A stretch of 64,000 nt of DNA from Candidatus Poribacteria bacterium (GCA_963665235.2 CAXXLX010000001.1:3104001-3168000), one strand, 5' to 3'. Counted from the first letter of the stretch, positions 1 through 9,784 are shown. Translations and numbers: made by a program. The notes: generated from the letters alone by a model not told the origin.

Positions 1-6
1 TTGTGC

Positions 7-88
7 TTCTATAAAGATACCGCCCCGCTGGGGCTAGCTTGTGTTGTGTTGTTGTGTATTCTATAAAGATACCGCCCCGCTGGGGCTA
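7..88. repeat. Two direct copies (7-36, 59-88) of REP-like hairpin ttctataaagataccgccccgctggggcta
   Basis: Identical 30-mers with a gcccc/ggggc stem; a related reverse-complement copy lies at 5354-5380. Confidence 0.85.
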
Positions 89-90
89 GC

Positions 91-473
91 TTGTCTGGCG
101 TTCACATTAAACCTGTCGCCCCGATACGCCTAGTCCCAGTATTCAGGCAAGCAGCCTGCTCTTAAGGACGCTATATTTATAGAAGCAGATGTTTCCCCAA
201 CCCCTAGTCCCGTATTGTCTGGCGTTCACATTAAACCTGTCGCCCCGATACGCCTAGTCCCAGTATTCAGGCGCCCCTGCTGGGACGCTATATTTATAGA
301 AGCAGATGTTTCCCCAACCCCTAGTCCCGTATTGTCTGGCGTTCACATTAAACCTGTCGCCCCGATACGCCTAGTCCCAGTATTCAGGCAAGCAGCCTGC
401 TCTTAAGGACGCTATATTTATAGAAGCAGATGTTTCCCCAACCCCTAGTCCCGTAGGGACGATATATTTATAG
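91..473. repeat. Three tandem ~120-bp units (91-214, 215-331, 332-455) built on the tagtccc...ggacg(a/c)tatatttataga REP-like motif
   Basis: Units start ttgtctggcgttcacattaaacc at 91, 215 and 332; the last unit runs into canonical agtcccgtagggacgatatatttataga. Confidence 0.9.
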
Positions 474-855
474 AGAAAACGGACATTTATTTTCAAACTC
501 ACGTTTAAGTACAAAAATTTTACACACCCATGCAGGCGGGGGCCTGTAAAATTTTTGGAGGAGCAAAGGAGAGATAGAGGTCTGGAGGCGTGGAAAGCCA
601 GAATGACGAATCCGTTTTTCGGGGGTATGCCCTCGTTATAGGTCCCGTCTAAGTTTCGACCCTAAAATAGCACTCCGTCATTTTACAAACGGTGGCGAGG
701 TACACGGTAGATTAACACATAAGTACAAAATATTTACACACCCTCTCTTCACGAAATATTGGCACATCTTGAAAAAGTGTATCTTTTCAGATGAAAAATC
801 GTTTTATAATAGATAATGCGGATATGAAAACTTTGGAAGAACTTTCAATTTTAGA

Positions 856-2835
856 GTGGCAATTATGGAATCTTTTGAGCAACTCATCCAAAATTTAACG
901 GATGCAACGCAACCCATCGGAACCCGGCGGACAGCTGTTACAAAAATTGCTGAGATAGGTAACGATCAAGCCTTATCCTTTCTCCTTGACGCGCTAGGCG
1001 ATATAGCCCCGACCGTGCGGCGTGAGGCAGCGAATGCACTACAGCAATGCAATTTCCATGAGGCGGTCCCCGCACTTCTTCGCGCCCTAGAAACGGAGGA
1101 GAATGACCTAACGCGCTGGACGTTCATCGAAGTCCTCGGACACATCGGAACAGCCACAGCACTTCCCGTACTCCAAACCCTTTCAAACACCGAATCTCCG
1201 TTGACCCGAAGGGTAGTCCAGAAAAGCATAGACCAAATTATTGAACGGCATCCAAATGTAGGTCGAGTTGAACCTACAGAAACCCAGCAATTTTCGGAAG
1301 GGACAGCCGAAGTCTCGGAGACAGACAGCCACTTGGCCGCTGATATGTCACATCAGCAAACTTCACACCAAAACATACAGTCAGAAAAATCTGAGGACCT
1401 CTTTGAAAGTGCCTTCGAGGAAAATATTTATGACTTAGACAGTTCGGAAGCAGGGGACTCTGAAAATGCTGAAGAACAGATTAGCACAGGTAGGACTTTT
1501 TTTGACGATTCGGTTAACTCAGATGACGAAAACGTTTCCCCTGGAGGAGAGTCCACCCTCTCCCCACCGTTTAGAATCAAGGCACATTTGTATATAGAAG
1601 ATGGAGAAGAAGAGGCGGAGGATATAGAAAGGACTACTGTACTGGGCACTGAACAAGACGCAGCGACAAGCGAAACACAATTTGAGGACTTTCAAGATGA
1701 ACCAGCGTCATCCGATACGACTACAACATTCGCTGAAACTTTCATCGATGCGGAAACCAGTGATACACCGGACGCACAAGCACCCGAACTTGATACCGAA
1801 GACGACACAATGAAAGATGCCCAAACGCAGATCGAGAAACGTCCGGAGGATGCCGCTGCGCTCCCGGTTTTAGTGCCGAATACCTCCGTTGTCATATATG
1901 GGCAAGAGAAAACAGCACTTGCACCGAGCATCTTCGCCATCATGTTGCGTCCCGGTAGCTACCTTTCAAAACAGTGGGTTACCCGGACAAAGCTCTATCT
2001 CAGCTTATGTTGTTTACTCACTGCAGCAGCAATCATGTTGATATATTCACAGGTGCAACGTCAAACGCGCTCGCCTTATATCACTGGCTTTGAGATTGAG
2101 TTCGTTGGGGACCCCCAACGGTATTTAGATGAAGGTGATTTCCACTTCCAGCAGGGCAACTATCGACGGGCAATTGAAGCTTATGAACTCATTCGTGCGG
2201 TAGATACGTTGGCGGTCGATTTCTATAAGAATCTCGGTTTCGCCTATTTTCAGGAGAATCGATACGCTCTTGCAGCAGAGGCTTACGAATTCTTCCTTGA
2301 GGCACAACAGAACCAGACAGTCGAGCCTTTTGTAGCGGAGGCTTCGAACCGGGGCAGTTTACGGAGGTCTGAGGCACAACGCATGTCGGATAATTATAAA
2401 ATCTACAATGCCCTCGGGACAGCGTATTTGCATTTAGAGGACTTTCATGAAGCGTATCGTGCATATAAAGAAGCGATTGCCCTTGCCCCGAATGAAGCGG
2501 AGGCCTACAGCAACCTCGCCCTTCTCTATTCAGAGGGGTACCAACAGAAACCCCGTCTTGCCGAGGCTCTTGCACATACTGCCGTTAGGCTTAACCCAGA
2601 TGTGGCTCGCTATCACACTATGTTGGGCAGGCTACTCGCTAAGCGTGGCCAGGTTAATAAGGCAATAAGCACACTGGAACGCGCTATCCGTCTACAGAGT
2701 GATTATCTGCCTGCGTACTATCATTTGACAGCAGCTGCGCTAAAATCTAAACAGTCAAAGAAAGCATCTAAAGCTGTACAGAAGCTTGTTCAACTCAATC
2801 CCGCCTTTCTGCATCAACGTAAGCTCACGCGGTAA
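856..2835 (+). CDS. HEAT-repeat / acidic linker / transmembrane / TPR protein (start may be ATG 865)
   Basis: N-terminal HEAT-like repeats (VRREAANAL), long D/E-rich linker, hydrophobic helix LYLSLCCLLTAAAIMLIY, C-terminal TPRs (YNALGTAY, AYSNLALLY). Confidence 0.8.
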   Translation: MAIMESFEQLIQNLTDATQPIGTRRTAVTKIAEIGNDQALSFLLDALGDIAPTVRREAANALQQCNFHEAVPALLRALETEENDLTRWTFIEVLGHIGTATALPVLQTLSNTESPLTRRVVQKSIDQIIERHPNVGRVEPTETQQFSEGTAEVSETDSHLAADMSHQQTSHQNIQSEKSEDLFESAFEENIYDLDSSEAGDSENAEEQISTGRTFFDDSVNSDDENVSPGGESTLSPPFRIKAHLYIEDGEEEAEDIERTTVLGTEQDAATSETQFEDFQDEPASSDTTTTFAETFIDAETSDTPDAQAPELDTEDDTMKDAQTQIEKRPEDAAALPVLVPNTSVVIYGQEKTALAPSIFAIMLRPGSYLSKQWVTRTKLYLSLCCLLTAAAIMLIYSQVQRQTRSPYITGFEIEFVGDPQRYLDEGDFHFQQGNYRRAIEAYELIRAVDTLAVDFYKNLGFAYFQENRYALAAEAYEFFLEAQQNQTVEPFVAEASNRGSLRRSEAQRMSDNYKIYNALGTAYLHLEDFHEAYRAYKEAIALAPNEAEAYSNLALLYSEGYQQKPRLAEALAHTAVRLNPDVARYHTMLGRLLAKRGQVNKAISTLERAIRLQSDYLPAYYHLTAAALKSKQSKKASKAVQKLVQLNPAFLHQRKLTR

Positions 2836-2861
2836 ATAGCAGAAGGCCTCCGAGCTAATCA

Positions 2862-3458
2862 TTAAAGTAATGACAACACCTTAACTCTGAGTGTTTCTAC
2901 TTCTTCAGTGAGTGCGCCAATCATCTCATTCTGTTTCTGTATAAGTGCCGCAATCTGTTTCTCGGACTCTCTATCCTTAACTCTGAGTGTTTCTACTTCT
3001 TCAGTGAGTGCGCCAATCATCTCATTCTGTTTCTCCGATGTCCTATCCTTCATACTACGCCATACCATGATAAGCTGGGGTATACCTACGGCTAAGACTA
3101 TGAGAGCTATCAAAGCGAATACAAAGTTCGCGACCATTACGATCTGTTTTTCAACGCCGGTTAAACGTGCATCTAATCGCGCAAACCCCTCTTTCATAGA
3201 CACAATATCGGCTTTCATAGACATAATATCGGCTTTCATAGACACAATATCGGCTTTCATAGACATAATATCGGCTTTCATAGACACAATATCGGCTTTC
3301 ATAGACACAATATCGGCTTTTATAGGCGTGAGTTCCTTCTCAATTTCCTCTTTGACAATCGAGCGAATTTCTTTGAGGTCTTGAGGGGTCAACTGAGCGA
3401 AAGATGGCGGCGCAAGCACACACAAACAGACTGATAAACAGAAAAAAATTCTTAACAT
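2862..3458 (-). CDS. Exported/membrane coiled-coil protein with heptad repeats
   Basis: ATG at 3458 after an AGGAGG RBS; signal peptide ending SFA-Q, ADI(V/M)SMK x6, TM helix, duplicated C-terminal helix. Confidence 0.75.
   Translation of the reverse strand: MLRIFFCLSVCLCVLAPPSFAQLTPQDLKEIRSIVKEEIEKELTPIKADIVSMKADIVSMKADIMSMKADIVSMKADIMSMKADIVSMKEGFARLDARLTGVEKQIVMVANFVFALIALIVLAVGIPQLIMVWRSMKDRTSEKQNEMIGALTEEVETLRVKDRESEKQIAALIQKQNEMIGALTEEVETLRVKVLSLL
2879..3034. repeat. 60-bp direct repeat (2879-2938, 2975-3034), period 96 bp
   Basis: Encodes KQNEMIGALTEEVETLRVK twice. Confidence 0.9.
3191..3316. repeat. 6 x 21-bp in-frame tandem repeat ctttcatagaca(c/t)aatatcgg
   Basis: Copies start at 3191, 3212, 3233, 3254, 3275 and 3296. 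Confidence 0.95.
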
Positions 3459-3634
3459 GATTGATTTCCTCCTCCAAAATTTTTCTAAAAGCAATTATAC
3501 AGAATTTCTCCGATTAACGCAACATCAATTTTTTCCAAACAAATCAGGCATGAACCCCGCCAGCAGCATAAAAAAAAGACGAGGCACGAAACCCCGCCTA
3601 TGTAAAGAAGTTAAGATTTGAGGCGTTACAGCCC

Positions 3635-4714
3635 TCACCTCGCACAACGAAAACCGAAGAGAAAGTTCGCGGTCAGAGGCGTAACGGAGTTACGAGAGGC
3701 AGCCCGCACGTTTCGTACTGCATTGCTCCAAGAGCCACCACGCAAAACGCGGGAACTTTTAACACGTTTATATCTATTTATTAACGACTCGATACTATTC
3801 GCACCCGACAACGGATTCCGAGCAGGCGATGTCGAATAGAAATTGACGTTATACTCGTCCAAGCACCACTCCGAAACATTACCAATCATATCATGCAAAC
3901 CATAACGATTCGCAGTATATTTACCCACTACCGCGGTATCGCCAATATGCCTATCGTAGTTCGCTTTAGTGGAATCTATAGTGTTGCCCCACGGATATTT
4001 TAGACCTGCTAAACCGCCACGCGCAGCTTTCTCCCACTCCGCCTCTGTCGGCAGACGTTTGCCCGCCCACTCCGCGTAAGCCATTGCACCGTACCAACTT
4101 ACCATCGTAACAGGGTGATTCTCATACCCCGTTTTCACACGATATTTACCGGATGCAAACTCAATCCGAGAATGACGCTGACCAATATTGTACCATGGGG
4201 TCCCATCCTCAGCATGTGTGCCTTTAGCATTCAGAAACTCAGCATATTGGGCATTGGTGACCTCGTACTTATCCATGTAAAACGCATCTACATAGACAGA
4301 ATGGACAGGTTTCTCATGAAACACTCCACTGTTGCTTCCCATCTGAAATTTACCCGCGGAGATTCGTACCATGCCTTCAGGTGGTGACGAAACATCGGGT
4401 GCTGCAACAGTGTAGGTAAGTGAAATAGCACCATCATCCCACGTGAGGACAAGCTCCAACGTGCCTAGGGGAAAAGGACCCTTTATTGTCGCATTCATAC
4501 CAGAGATGGATAAGTTACCGTTATTCGCTTTCAGTCCTGTGGGGGTGCCGTTAAAAGTAACGATAATCTTCGTATCTGTTTGGATTGTGCGGCCATCTGC
4601 GGGAATTGCTTTGATAAACGACACCGTTTCTTCTGTCTCATCACAACCACTGAAGGCAATCGCAAGCCAAGTGACAAGCATAGCTATGCCTATGAAACGA
4701 AAATATTTTTTCAT
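3635..4714 (-). CDS. Lipoprotein with FGE-sulfatase (SUMF1/EgtB/PvdO) fold, probably non-catalytic
   Basis: Lipobox FSG-C; YEVTNAQY, RLPTEAEWEKAARGG, RGGSW and GFRCAR motifs; catalytic Cys pair absent after RGGS. Confidence 0.9.
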   Translation of the reverse strand: MKKYFRFIGIAMLVTWLAIAFSGCDETEETVSFIKAIPADGRTIQTDTKIIVTFNGTPTGLKANNGNLSISGMNATIKGPFPLGTLELVLTWDDGAISLTYTVAAPDVSSPPEGMVRISAGKFQMGSNSGVFHEKPVHSVYVDAFYMDKYEVTNAQYAEFLNAKGTHAEDGTPWYNIGQRHSRIEFASGKYRVKTGYENHPVTMVSWYGAMAYAEWAGKRLPTEAEWEKAARGGLAGLKYPWGNTIDSTKANYDRHIGDTAVVGKYTANRYGLHDMIGNVSEWCLDEYNVNFYSTSPARNPLSGANSIESLINRYKRVKSSRVLRGGSWSNAVRNVRAASRNSVTPLTANFLFGFRCAR

Positions 4715-4739
4715 AAAATGCTCACTCCTTACAGTCTAC

Positions 4740-5215
4740 TTGACATACTCTCCCAGCTAAAGCAAGGGAGATTCTTTTAAAAAGTTCCGCTACGCGTTAG
4801 CTATTGGATTGTGGTTTTCAGACGTGTGAACGTCAACGGAGATGCTTGGGCTGTTCCAAGTCTTACTGCCCCTAACTCAAAGGACAAGGTTTCCCTGCCC
4901 TCGTGCTTCGCACCTTCTTTATGCTTGTGAATCAGTGCTTTGGTATCCAATGCAGCATGACCCGTCTTTTGGATACCGAAAGCATTGCACAAAAATGTGG
5001 ATATTGACTGGGTATCGCCAGAACATCAGCACACAACCCTACCATAGGTTGAGGTTCGGAACTTCAACATTGGTGGCGTTGAAGGTGGTAATCCGAACCA
5101 CTGATGATATATATGTTATACCACATTTTAATGCAAAAGTCAAATTAAAAACATAAGCTTATGTTCCTACTACATCCCCCAGCTAAAGCACGGGGGTTTT
5201 GTAGCGGAAGATTTG
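4740..5215 (-). mobile_element. Non-autonomous IS200/IS605 derivative (476 bp)
   Basis: Minus strand starts TTTAT|caaatcttccgctacaaaacccccgtgctttagctgggggatgtagt, nearly identical to the IS left end at 49026; ends with hairpin ctcccttgctttagctgggagag then TCAA; no transposase. Confidence 0.85.
5116..5144 (-). promoter_or_regulatory. Sigma70-like promoter inside the IS605 derivative
   Basis: Minus strand TTGACT-N17-TATAAC, in the same position as TTGACA-N17-TATAAT in the full IS. Confidence 0.6.
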
Positions 5216-5221
5216 ATAAAT

Positions 5222-5566
5222 TACTATAGTTTGGACAATATCCGTGAGTCGGATCCCCGCTTTCAAAGCATCTCTGATTTTTCTCTAAGTGCCTCACACA
5301 AATGCAAACAGGAGAAAAATGGTTTCCGCCGATGGGTTTCCAAAGCGCGGTTTCCCCAGCGGGGCGGAATGTTTATAGAATGTTGGAAACCATTGAAAAC
5401 CATTGGAAACCTTTAGCAAGAGGGTTGTGATGCTAAGCATATCTCTGCCGCGCCTCAAAAACCTCTTCCCCTCTTCCACCCTTCCCCTCTTCCACCCTTC
5501 CACCCTTCCACCTATCCGTTTGACAAGAACGTTGGGTTCCCCCCTAAAATTGTCCAAACTATAGTA
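5222..5566. mobile_element. MITE-like cassette with 16-bp terminal inverted repeats flanked by TA
   Basis: TA-ctatagtttggacaat (5222-5239) ... attgtccaaactatag-TA (5549-5566); interior has a REP-like hairpin and 8-bp repeats. Confidence 0.7.
5462..5512. repeat. 8-bp polypyrimidine tandem repeat (cttccacc-like, about 6 copies)
   Basis: cctcttcccctcttccacccttcccctcttccacccttccacccttccacc. Confidence 0.8.
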
Positions 5567-5636
5567 TAAATTATAACAGATGTCACAAAAAATGCCAGAA
5601 ACAACCAGACACAAACACTATTCCGCTGAGCCGCAT

Positions 5637-8600
5637 TTAGCGCACGATGGAAAGTTTGCCCACGTGTCGCCCGGTTGCTGATTCAAGCACATAGATATAA
5701 ATACCGCTGCTGATGTCTGTAAGATGCCAAACCTTTCTGCACCGATCAATTGCTGTTGTAACAAGCGATGCGACCTGGTTTCCCCCGACATCATAGATTC
5801 TGATATGTGTTCCTTCAGGCAACCCCGAAAATGTCACTTGATTCTCGCGGGCTGGATTTGGATAGACACTTACCGCCGAGAGAGACTGCACAGGAAATTC
5901 CACCGCTAACATGCTTGCATCCGCTGCGATGTCAGCGCCGTAAATATCAGAGAGCTGCAACGTCTCAATTTGATAGCGGCTGTCTGTGTGACGAAGGGCA
6001 CCGGCTGGAAACGTTAGCACAACACGTCGACGCGAGTGCACCAAAATGGCGGATTGCGGGGCATAATTCTCATGCATGTTATCCGCTGTTCCGTTTGCTT
6101 GTCGGTGCAGGCGGTAACGTGCTGGCTGTGCAGCGGAACTGCTCATCGGTTTGTCAAACTGCAACAGAAGCTGATTCGGGGCAGAATAGACAGCCGAAGT
6201 CAACCTCGGCAACGGGGTCGGAACGACAGCAACCGCTGTGGATTGCGCACCGACATGCTCGCCGTTTAGTCCTTGTGATTCAATCACGTACCAATAGGTT
6301 TTGCCCGTTGTCAGTCCTGTATCGACGAAATATGTTTCTGAAATCCCTTTACGAATCGGTTTCAGCATCTCTGAGGCGTGCCGTCGGTGGATAGTATAGG
6401 TAATTGCCCCCAGTGCTGCCTGCCATTGGAGCCTGATTGATGTTTCACTAATCGGTTTTGCGGAAATTCCAGCCGGCGCGAGGGGACCGGTCTGTTGGGC
6501 ATCTTTAAAAACAGCGAGGGCATTTTCGTTGTTAAAAATCAACTCATTGGCACCGTCGTTATCCACATCAGCGACAACTATATTAAAGGTGTTAGTTGCT
6601 GGATGATGCCAGATGGGGTGGAAGTCAACCCCGTCGTATTGCACGAGGTAGAAGTTTGGCGGGGCAGCGATACACAGCTCATTCTGTCCATCGTTATTAG
6701 CATCTGCAATAGTTAGCGCGCCCCCTTGTAGGTCACGAATTCGTTGCTGCCATACTGCGCGATAGCTGTTGTTGCCGTCAGTCGTAAAAATTGTGAAAAG
6801 CCAATGCTGACGAGGAATATCAACTTCGGTAGTCCACACCTTCGCACCGACAGCAAACTCCGGTGTACCATCGCCAGTCAGGTCGCCTGCAGCCAAAAGG
6901 ACGGGGATGCCTTCAGGGAGCATGCCAACCCAGGTATGTCTGTATCGGTTATCTCCGGTGTTTTCGTAGATAAAGATTTCTGCGTCGCTATCACCTGTTA
7001 AAATTTCCATCTGTCCATCCGCGTCAAAATCATCTATAGCGAATCGGGTCGCTTCAATCTTATTTTTACCCTGCGTTGGATTTTCAAGGACAGTTGTGTT
7101 GCGATAGCTATTATCCCGCTCTGCTTCATAAACCCCGATAGCATCAATTCCATTATAACGATAACGAGAGAAAATTTCTGGTTTTCCATCTGCATCGCCA
7201 TCTAAAATTGTGCCGCCCCAGATTTCTGTCGTTTTCCAGATACGTTCTGTCGGGAATTCACCGGGGGCGGGTTGTTCAAGCAAAAATGTGCCTTCTGAGG
7301 AATTGCCCAAGATTTCCAGAAGGCCATCGCCATCGGTATCAGCAGTTCCCCAGAGCCGTGCTAATGGTAACCTTTCCTGAGGGGAAAAAACGTGTTTGTC
7401 CATTAGTTTGTATGTGCTATCATCATACGCCTCAAAAATTTGTAAGACTGTTTCCCCATCGGCATCCGTTCCCATGTCGATGAGCTCTAATTTTCCGTTT
7501 CCGTTCATATCTTCAGCGGCGGCAATCGGGTGCAAATCGTGTGCCACCGAGGCCACTTGCGAAAGATGAAACGGTTGAATGTACACATCTTGTACTGTAA
7601 TTGGATACAACGCGCCGTTGTTGTCATCAATCTGTTGCAAACCTGTTCGATTTTGAACTGTCAGACGGTACAGGTATTCACCGGGGGGCAAACCTACCTC
7701 GGACAGATAGGCGATATGTTGCCGATGCACCGATTCTGTAGTAGCAACCCGTAAGCGGTGAGAGTGGGAGATAGCTTCTACTGCTGGAAAAATCTCAATT
7801 TCTCCGCGTGCTGACACATCTGTTTGCCAGATAACAACCGAATCGACACGGTTTCCGGAGAACCATAGACTTGCCTCATGCTTGGAAATACGTGGTGGTG
7901 GGTGTGCTATTGGGACAACCACTTTGTCTCGGATAGTTTTTCCATCTCCATCTGCAACGCTGAGCCGTAGCGTATATATGCCTTCTGCTAATGCTGTAGC
8001 ATCCCACTCATGCAAAACAGCCTCAAACTTGGGGACCGTTTGCGGAATACCGATAGGATACCAGAGTGCGGGGGTTTCACTCATGCCGAATTCCAGCCAA
8101 TATTTAACGAATCTATTCCCGCCGGCACTTCCGAAAACCGCTATTTTCCCATCCTGCTGAATTTGAGGCACGGCAATATAAGCGGTAAGTGCTATCTGTT
8201 CAGTCAGCGCAGCATAAGCATCAAGGAGCCCGGCTCCAACAAGCGGTGTTAGGAACAGCTGCTGTGCAGTATTTATCAACGCCTGTCGTACAGTTGTGTT
8301 AGCGCACGTTGGATTTGCAGAAATCAGCAGGGCAGCGACACCGGACACGTGGGCTGCTGCCATTGAGGTCCCAGGGCGGGACTTGTACTCTTTAAGGTCT
8401 ATACTAAGAATACCTGCACCGGGTGCCGCGATATCGATGCTTGCGCCGAAATTAGAGCCGCCCCCTAATTGCCTATCCGCTTCGAGTGAGGCAACAGAAA
8501 TGACTGTTTTAAGTGCAGCTGGATAGTATGACCCCGCTTCCGCTGAATTCCCCGCTGCAGCGACCAGTACACACCCACGATGGTAGGCATACTCTACAGC

Positions 8601-9536
8601 ATCTTGTACAACAAATGCGTTTACTGTGTCACCCCAGCTCATATTAATCACGTGCGCGCCGTTGTCCGCTGCGTAAACGATAGCAGCAGCGACATCGTCG
8701 TTCTGTAAAAACCCGCCACCCCCGATGACAAACCCTGCTCGTAAAGGCATGAGACGGCATCCCCAGGCGATACCTGCAATTCCGATACCGTTGTTTGCTT
8801 CCGCAGCAATAATGCCGGAGACATGTGACCCGTGTCCTGTTTCATCTTCAGGTGTATTATCGCGTTCTGTCCAATCCCCTTGGCCGGGCAGTGTAGGAGC
8901 ATCGCTAAAATCCCAGCCATTGATATCGTCAATATAGCCGTTCGCATCATCATCAACGCCGTTGTCAGGAATTTCGTCGGGGTTCTGCCAAAGCTGGTCC
9001 CGAAACTCAGCGTGCCCACTCACGATACCGCTATCGACAACTGCCACTGTCACATCTGGTATTCCCTGTTCAATGGACCATACTTTCGGTAGGTTTAGCA
9101 TCTTCAGATTCCACTGTTCAGGGTATCGTGGGTCATTCGGCACAGTTTCATTACAGAACCGGTTGAGCCGATTCAGTTCAGCAGCTTCAATGGTGCTATG
9201 TTGGGCAAACTTCTGCTGCAACGGTTCCAATTTCCAACCTATCGGAAACTGAATGCGGTAGATGCGCCGAAGCTTTGGGTGTCGTCCACCGGGTGTAGAT
9301 GGCGCGAAAACAGGGGAAACGGATTCAGCCCCCAATTTTTTACTCAACGCACGAAGTTGCACAGCAGTCGCAGTGGGGTGTAAACGGACAATGAGTTCCC
9401 CGGGGGTGTAGGTGTACGTCATTTCGGCGAGACTATCTGAATAGGAGGGGGCAAAATCGAGGGGGCGTTCAGCAGCTTCCAGACTAATAGATATGAACAG
9501 CATTAGAAGATAGAGATAGACACTATTTTTCGTCAT
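5637..9536 (-). CDS. Secreted S8 subtilisin-like protease with FG-GAP/VCBS repeats, FN3-like domain and C-terminal secretion-type (T9SS-A/FlgD-like) domain
   Basis: Triad VAVVDSG, GHGSHVSG, GTSMAA; DxDGDG repeats; C-terminal VYPNP...IRIYD...SGIYIY...KLSIVR. Confidence 0.9.
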   Translation of the reverse strand: MTKNSVYLYLLMLFISISLEAAERPLDFAPSYSDSLAEMTYTYTPGELIVRLHPTATAVQLRALSKKLGAESVSPVFAPSTPGGRHPKLRRIYRIQFPIGWKLEPLQQKFAQHSTIEAAELNRLNRFCNETVPNDPRYPEQWNLKMLNLPKVWSIEQGIPDVTVAVVDSGIVSGHAEFRDQLWQNPDEIPDNGVDDDANGYIDDINGWDFSDAPTLPGQGDWTERDNTPEDETGHGSHVSGIIAAEANNGIGIAGIAWGCRLMPLRAGFVIGGGGFLQNDDVAAAIVYAADNGAHVINMSWGDTVNAFVVQDAVEYAYHRGCVLVAAAGNSAEAGSYYPAALKTVISVASLEADRQLGGGSNFGASIDIAAPGAGILSIDLKEYKSRPGTSMAAAHVSGVAALLISANPTCANTTVRQALINTAQQLFLTPLVGAGLLDAYAALTEQIALTAYIAVPQIQQDGKIAVFGSAGGNRFVKYWLEFGMSETPALWYPIGIPQTVPKFEAVLHEWDATALAEGIYTLRLSVADGDGKTIRDKVVVPIAHPPPRISKHEASLWFSGNRVDSVVIWQTDVSARGEIEIFPAVEAISHSHRLRVATTESVHRQHIAYLSEVGLPPGEYLYRLTVQNRTGLQQIDDNNGALYPITVQDVYIQPFHLSQVASVAHDLHPIAAAEDMNGNGKLELIDMGTDADGETVLQIFEAYDDSTYKLMDKHVFSPQERLPLARLWGTADTDGDGLLEILGNSSEGTFLLEQPAPGEFPTERIWKTTEIWGGTILDGDADGKPEIFSRYRYNGIDAIGVYEAERDNSYRNTTVLENPTQGKNKIEATRFAIDDFDADGQMEILTGDSDAEIFIYENTGDNRYRHTWVGMLPEGIPVLLAAGDLTGDGTPEFAVGAKVWTTEVDIPRQHWLFTIFTTDGNNSYRAVWQQRIRDLQGGALTIADANNDGQNELCIAAPPNFYLVQYDGVDFHPIWHHPATNTFNIVVADVDNDGANELIFNNENALAVFKDAQQTGPLAPAGISAKPISETSIRLQWQAALGAITYTIHRRHASEMLKPIRKGISETYFVDTGLTTGKTYWYVIESQGLNGEHVGAQSTAVAVVPTPLPRLTSAVYSAPNQLLLQFDKPMSSSAAQPARYRLHRQANGTADNMHENYAPQSAILVHSRRRVVLTFPAGALRHTDSRYQIETLQLSDIYGADIAADASMLAVEFPVQSLSAVSVYPNPARENQVTFSGLPEGTHIRIYDVGGNQVASLVTTAIDRCRKVWHLTDISSGIYIYVLESATGRHVGKLSIVR

Positions 9537-9784
9537 GATTTCCCGTAACCTTCGCAGTTTACCTTAGCGTAGCTCCCAGCTCTTACAAGTGTTTCCTGCA
9601 AAAATTGGATGTCCCTGGCGTAGGTCCTAAAAAACATTTGATTTTACTAAAAAATATGTTATAATATAGTCATTATAATAACATAAGGGTTAGATAAAAT
9701 GCAAAGCGAAACACGAAATCAAGATATCGACAACAAATATCATGTTAGAACGGACACGGTAGTAAACGGACAAGGGACCATCTT

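Noticed and set aside
215-406. 63-aa repeat ORF, and similar ORFs at 5213-5614 and 60046-60397
   Set aside because: These are translations of intergenic repeats with no RBS or protein-like features
3635-4714. Diversity-generating retroelement target (FGE/C-type lectin fold, also at 22354)
   Set aside because: No reverse transcriptase and no template repeat differing only at adenines were seen
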